From an uncultured Poribacteria bacterium (GTDB lineage: Bacteria > Poribacteria > WGA-4E > WGA-3G), in contig CATQHZ020000001.1 of NCBI GenBank assembly GCA_958296135.2, forward strand, positions 4,480,001 to 4,544,000: 64,000 bases of DNA. The letters run 5' to 3'. Shown here piece after piece: positions 59,168-64,000 of this stretch (positions are counted from its first letter, which is position 1; each line of letters opens with the position of its first letter). The notes below the pieces were generated by a model that ran no database searches, was not told the DNA's origin, and saw nothing but the letters and a program-made list of their open reading frames with translations. A program made the position numbers and the translations under genes.

Positions 59168-60219
59168 TACGAACAGCGAGCAAGAACGGACGAGCCAAAG
59201 TGCTCGTGCCACTCCTTGATTGCCGCTGGAATAGCTTGGAGGTTTTCAATCGTGGTTTGGAGCGGGATGGCGCACTCCGGGCCGATGAGCGGCACGCCTG
59301 CCTCCAGATTTCTCACAACCTCCGCTTTCACGTCCTCCGGCTCCTTCGCAAACAAAGTCTCGGGGTTATTGATATTGCCGACGAGGGCAATCCGATCCTG
59401 AACAATGTCCATCGATTCCTGTGGTTTGTTTTTGGAATCGTAGTGGAAGGCAGCCATCCCGGTTTGCGCGATGTATTCCATCCTATCAACGGTGCGGCCA
59501 CAGATGTGCAAGATCAGCGGAATCGGAATGCGTTCGACAAATTCAATGTGCAGGTCGCGGAGGTAGCGGTGGTAGTACTCGCCGCTGACTAGGTCCCCGG
59601 TGGCGTGGTCTGGGAGAGTGAGCGCATCCGCGCCTGCCTCAATCTGCGCAATGCCGAACTGCACAGTGGCTTCCTTCATCCGGTCTAACGCGAGTTTGGT
59701 TTTGCCCGGGTCATCGAGAGACAACAACAAGAAGGGCTCCACGCCGAAGCAGTGGTATCCGAGCGACCAGGGCCCCATCGTCTTCCCAATCACGACGACT
59801 TCATCGCCGTATTCCTGCTTCAGAATCTTAATCGCATCCAACACGCATCGCGTATCCGGGTGCGTCAAGAAATCGTCAGGAATTTTGATATCGTCTACAT
59901 CTTCCCAAATCGGCTCGCGCATCCGCACCGTCGGCCAGTTATCCTTTTGCTCCCACTGAATGCTGCAACCGAGGGCACTCGATTCTTGGACGATGGTGAA
60001 GACCGGCATGATGGTATCAAAGCCGAGCTCGGTATAGCCGGTAGCAGCAAGGCGCGCCATCAATTCAGGTTCGCGATTCGCTTGCGGGAAAGGCGCATCC
60101 ACCAGATCCATCAACTCCACCGTGGCGACAGAAGTCGGGTTACAGACAGGTGTCCGGTCAGTAGGTTCGTTGCGAAGTGCGGCAAGCACGCGTTCGCGGC
60201 CGGTCATCGATTTTTGCAT
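59167..60219 (-). CDS. MtaA/CmuA-family methylcobamide methyltransferase (URO-D fold)
   Basis: MTGRERVLAAL, ILHICG Zn motif, GNINNP, GPECAIP. Confidence 0.88.
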   Translation of the reverse strand: MQKSMTGRERVLAALRNEPTDRTPVCNPTSVATVELMDLVDAPFPQANREPELMARLAATGYTELGFDTIMPVFTIVQESSALGCSIQWEQKDNWPTVRMREPIWEDVDDIKIPDDFLTHPDTRCVLDAIKILKQEYGDEVVVIGKTMGPWSLGYHCFGVEPFLLLSLDDPGKTKLALDRMKEATVQFGIAQIEAGADALTLPDHATGDLVSGEYYHRYLRDLHIEFVERIPIPLILHICGRTVDRMEYIAQTGMAAFHYDSKNKPQESMDIVQDRIALVGNINNPETLFAKEPEDVKAEVVRNLEAGVPLIGPECAIPLQTTIENLQAIPAAIKEWHEHFGSSVLARCS

Positions 60220-60230
60220 CTTCGGTTACC

Positions 60231-60866
60231 TCATAACTGTTGGCTCGGCGCGGCGAGGACACCGCGTGCCGCTTCCATCTCCGCCTCACGGAGGACGACA
60301 CGGACGTTCGGCGCGCGGACTAACAGCAATCCCACTAGTGCGTCGTGCGGATGCCCACACGCGAAAGCGACGGTGTCACTGCTGTCTTCAACACGTGCCA
60401 TCTCTCCCAATTTCATCAGGCCCCCAGCAATAGCCGAGACCCGCCGTGCAGCACCGCGTCCCTCGCCTTCTGCCGCAACACGATAGATGCCGGTTCCAAC
60501 AGAATCCACCGTGATAGTCAGCCGCGATTTCTTATCTAGCGTTTGCAAAGGACGCTGTTCAATCGGGCTACCCTGGGCGAATTTGCATGCCGCTAAAAAG
60601 ACGCGCCGGCACGCCGCTTCATGTCCCGCACCGCAGTGAAAACAGAGCCGTCCATCCGGCGTTTCTTGCATGCCGCCAAGCGTTTTCATCGCCTGCACGA
60701 TGGACTGAACCCGTTCGTGCGAGCCTTCAACTCGGCTGTAGGTATGCACGAGGAAGGCGGGCTTGCCATCGCGTTGCTGGCGGTATAACGCGAGGGTGAT
60801 GTCATAGAAATGCAGATCGATCGGCACAAGTTCAATGCGCCTCCCGATGTCAACGACGCGTCTCAT
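60231..60866 (-). CDS. Hypothetical protein with two FxCGxxH motifs
   Basis: 211-aa ORF ending 11 bp before mtaA-like gene; CFHCGAGH and FACGHPH. Confidence 0.7.
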   Translation of the reverse strand: MRRVVDIGRRIELVPIDLHFYDITLALYRQQRDGKPAFLVHTYSRVEGSHERVQSIVQAMKTLGGMQETPDGRLCFHCGAGHEAACRRVFLAACKFAQGSPIEQRPLQTLDKKSRLTITVDSVGTGIYRVAAEGEGRGAARRVSAIAGGLMKLGEMARVEDSSDTVAFACGHPHDALVGLLLVRAPNVRVVLREAEMEAARGVLAAPSQQL

Positions 60867-60992
60867 AGTTTTGGATTTCCTAGCGGTTGTTTGGCTTCTC
60901 CTTGGCTGAGAGAATTCAACGTTATTAGGTTTACGGCGAACGAGCCGGCTAGGCGCGCGTCCAAAGCACGCCTACCCGGCAAAAATCGCGCA

Positions 60993-61934
60993 TCAATAAT
61001 TGACAAGATAATCATACGCCTTTTCAGAGACGCGGCGGAGGATGTTAGCGCGCCGCGTCACCCAAGCACCGAAAGACTGATACCGATTCCGCCGGTTCGT
61101 CTTGGTCCTATCTTGAATCATGCCGGTAAAGACATACGGGCGCGTTCTGCCTCTCGAATCCTTGAAAACCAAGATGCCGCTGTCCGCTACCAAGCCGTAG
61201 ACCGTGCCGGTCTTGTTATAAACCTTGACTGATGCGGGGATACGAGTCTTTTTGTAGATGTAATCCCCGTTCGGCAGCTTGAGGTACCACTTCATTTTCT
61301 CCGAATAGGGGAGGTTGCCGTTCCACAACTGCACATAAAACCGATTCAAATCATGCGCGGAAGTCATGTTCCGATACGTGCGTCCCCCTGCCGGGATATA
61401 CTCAACAATCCGGGTCTGCTGAAAATAGGGATAGTTCACTCTCAAGATGCGCTGCACTCGCCGCGGGCCGCCGAGCAATCGGATAAAATAGTTAGTCGCC
61501 GGGTTCGAGCTCTTCTGAATCATCAACCGCAGCTGCCGCCGGTTTTTATCGGTGTGCACTTTCCGCCGCTGCTTCACTTCGTGAAAATAAGCCAGCATCA
61601 CGAAGTTTTTGATGAGCGAGGCGGCCATCATCGGCCGGTCTTCATTAATGGAGACGACCTTTTTCTGCCGGGATAAGTCATAGACGACGAAACTCGTCCG
61701 CTCGGTTGAGGCTAACTGGCGGCTCCGCCGATATTTTTTGATGTATCGATCGATGCTTGCTTCCAGCCGCGAATCTAAGGTGCTCGCGCGCAACGCGCCA
61801 GCTGGAAGGAAGCACGCTGTCAGGATGACAAGGAGCGCGGAAAGATACCTTTCAGGCCTCCAACAAACGTTCACGCTTTGTCGTAGGGCGCACAGTTTGT
61901 CGGTGCACATTCGGATGATTGCACGTCCTATCAT
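60993..61934 (-). CDS. Class A beta-lactamase-like serine hydrolase
   Basis: ASLIK (SxxK), SSN (SxN), KTG; start uncertain. Confidence 0.82.
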   Translation of the reverse strand: MIGRAIIRMCTDKLCALRQSVNVCWRPERYLSALLVILTACFLPAGALRASTLDSRLEASIDRYIKKYRRSRQLASTERTSFVVYDLSRQKKVVSINEDRPMMAASLIKNFVMLAYFHEVKQRRKVHTDKNRRQLRLMIQKSSNPATNYFIRLLGGPRRVQRILRVNYPYFQQTRIVEYIPAGGRTYRNMTSAHDLNRFYVQLWNGNLPYSEKMKWYLKLPNGDYIYKKTRIPASVKVYNKTGTVYGLVADSGILVFKDSRGRTRPYVFTGMIQDRTKTNRRNRYQSFGAWVTRRANILRRVSEKAYDYLVNY

Positions 61935-62064
61935 GTTAAATTTCATTCCTCTTTTTGTAGAAATTCGCCTCATTTTTTACAAGGCAAGTGTTTCACAATG
62001 GACGAGAGAATGCCCCTCGCCATGCCAAAACCGCCCTTTTGACTTGTGGGCTGATATAGCAAAA

Positions 62065-63591
62065 TCACTCCGCAGCGACAAGTGGCAATTGATAGCAGGC
62101 AGCCTCCCGGTCGTTCCGCACGAGCAGATAGGGGGCTGCGAATGCCGGTGTATTCCACGTCCTGCCTTCCAAGGCAGTGAAACGCGCGAGCTCCACGAGT
62201 GCCGCCGGATTCGGTTCTATCAGCACCACATCGCCGGACTCCGTTAGCACCAAAATGACACCCTCAACAGAGAGGACTTGTCCGTGCCCATACCGGCCAC
62301 GCTTCCACTGCCGCTTGCCATCTGCAAGATTGAGACAGACGAAAATGCCATCGTCCAGTCCATACAGGTACCCGCCATCATGGAGGACAGTAGTGAATTT
62401 TGCCTTGAGATATATCGTTTCCCATAAAAGTGAAACGTTAAATTCCCCGGCCGGGTTACGTTCGACCTGGAATAGTTTCCCGCCGACTCCGTAAGCGGTT
62501 GAGACGAAAAGCCGGTCACCGGGAAGAGGAAGCGGCTGCGAAACGCATTCAGCCTGCCCCGCTGGCACCCAAGGCTGTTTCCAAAAAAGTTCACCAGTCG
62601 CGGGTTCATGCGCAGTGACGAGGCCCTGATTGAAAATCACAAGCTGTTCTGTGCCAACTAACGTCGTTAAAAACGGCGAACTATAGCCGGTGCTCGCCCG
62701 ATATCCCTGCCAGACGACTTTGCCGCTCTCCTTGTGATACGCCACCGGGCCGCCCGCACTGACGATAACAAAGTCACCGAAAACAAGCGGCGAGATACTC
62801 ACACCCCAATCCGGCGGCTCCGCGGCGTTCTCCTCAAAAATGTTGGTTGTCCAGAGCGGTTCCCCTGTCTCAAAATCGAGGCAGTTGAAGATGCCGGTTG
62901 AACCAAGGGTGTAAACCCGATTGCCTGCGATTGTGGGTGTAGCGCGCGGACCGATTCCGGCGAGCGCGGAATCATATCTGCCACGGTCGCGATGGCTCCA
63001 CTTTACTTTACCAGTCATCAATTCATAACAGACGACCTTTTCCCATTCGCCTTCTTGTTCCTGTGTGATGGCAGAATCTCCGACCACGGCAAACGCAGAC
63101 CAGCCTGCACCGATGGGTTGCCGCCAAATGAGTTCAGGCGGATGCTTCTCCCAATCCTGCTCCAAGCGGATGCCTTTGATAACAGCATTCCGGTCAGGTC
63201 CGAGGAATTGCGGAAAATCTGTCCCTAAGGTGAGTGTGCCTGTTGTGTTCTCAATTGTGACACTTTCCACCGGTTTGCTTCCCCATCGCCATTCAACTAT
63301 CGGTGTGAGATCGCCGCTAACGCCTGTAATTCGGAAGAGGATGCCGAAGATGCCGAGGCAGACGACAACAACTAACAGCGAGAGCAGTCTCGCACGCCAT
63401 GGCAAACGTGAAAGCAATAAGAGCCAGAGCACTCCCAGAACAAGGGAGAAAATCAGGATGAAAATTGTTAGGAACACTTTGCTTTCGCGTTCCGCTGCAT
63501 CCACTCCCCAAAGCACGCCGATGGCTATACCGACGAGAATTCCGATGATGAGCAGCGGCCACCAGCGCGCGCGTTTCTTGGTGGTATCCAA
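62065..63591 (-). CDS. Membrane-anchored PQQ-like beta-propeller (BamB-like) protein
   Basis: N-terminal TMs, FPQFLGPDRN, GPRATPT, YSSP, TWNTPA. Confidence 0.85.
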   Translation of the reverse strand: MDTTKKRARWWPLLIIGILVGIAIGVLWGVDAAERESKVFLTIFILIFSLVLGVLWLLLLSRLPWRARLLSLLVVVVCLGIFGILFRITGVSGDLTPIVEWRWGSKPVESVTIENTTGTLTLGTDFPQFLGPDRNAVIKGIRLEQDWEKHPPELIWRQPIGAGWSAFAVVGDSAITQEQEGEWEKVVCYELMTGKVKWSHRDRGRYDSALAGIGPRATPTIAGNRVYTLGSTGIFNCLDFETGEPLWTTNIFEENAAEPPDWGVSISPLVFGDFVIVSAGGPVAYHKESGKVVWQGYRASTGYSSPFLTTLVGTEQLVIFNQGLVTAHEPATGELFWKQPWVPAGQAECVSQPLPLPGDRLFVSTAYGVGGKLFQVERNPAGEFNVSLLWETIYLKAKFTTVLHDGGYLYGLDDGIFVCLNLADGKRQWKRGRYGHGQVLSVEGVILVLTESGDVVLIEPNPAALVELARFTALEGRTWNTPAFAAPYLLVRNDREAACYQLPLVAAE

Positions 63592-63734
63592 GAGAAAGCC
63601 TCCCTAAACGTGAAATGTTTTGTCTATAATAACATTTTTTGCTAAAATTTGTCAAGAATAATTTTTCTCAAAAATGCTTGACACCATACGCCAAAACAGG
63701 TTATCATAACTCCAAGCATATACGGAGGTTTCTC

Positions 63735-64000
63735 ATGCCGAACATTGAAAAAGTTTTTGACTCACCCGGCCCGCAACCGAACGGGATGCAAGCCACCGAA
63801 GCAGGGCTCTGGATACTGGACCAGGGCACAAACGAAGTCCACCTCGTCTCTTACGAAGGCGTTGTCCAAAAGACGCTCGCTACCGGCTCTGATAGAGGCA
63901 GCGGGATTACCGATACAGGCACGGCACTCTGGCTGGCATCAACCTACAGTTGTGAGATTCTTTCTGCCGATCCAACGGATGGAAAGACGCTTGCCTCGTT
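63735..64000 (+). CDS. Partial beta-propeller-like protein (runs off the right edge)
   Basis: GGAGG RBS; MPNIEKVFDSPGPQPNGMQATEAGLWILDQG... Confidence 0.65.
   Translation, partial: MPNIEKVFDSPGPQPNGMQATEAGLWILDQGTNEVHLVSYEGVVQKTLATGSDRGSGITDTGTALWLASTYSCEILSADPTDGKTLAS

Noticed and set aside
1-64000. tRNA, rRNA, integrase, RAYT or prophage genes
   Set aside because: None recognised by eye; short RNA genes could have been missed without a covariance search

Overview
A 64 kb bacterial chromosomal segment of moderately high GC. It is probably from a Candidatus Poribacteria-like organism; this is inferred from the expanded LamG proteins with a shared ...KLxxxWGxxK tail, a dockerin-like exported protein, and the TPR and beta-propeller content. 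Core genes include ilvBNC, sodA, an addB-like gene, metG, rnhC, thiI, nadD-yacG-yqeK-rsfS, ECF sigma/anti-sigma/HtrA, thrC, hisC, ispG and uppP, mixed with carbohydrate and envelope enzymes. Notable non-obvious signals: (1) a valine-specifier T-box riboswitch upstream of ilvB whose stem III is swollen by three palindromic repeats; (2) dozens of GTAG-type REP-like palindromes, several inserted in-frame inside unrelated proteins; (3) a lower-GC two-gene GNAT-PIN-PUA/ASCH + ASCH module, a candidate RNA-acetylation conflict or defence system; (4) two solo TnpB genes with intact RuvC motifs and related omegaRNA-like 3' regions, one preceded by a promoter and a pseudoknotted leader RNA; (5) a PrdB/GrdB-like selenoprotein (UxxC plus SECIS-like hairpin) that the ORF caller split in two; (6) a conserved C-terminal motif on three secreted LamG proteins that may be a sorting signal. 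No rRNA, tRNA or CRISPR array was recognised. All calls are from motif recognition by eye; no database search was run.
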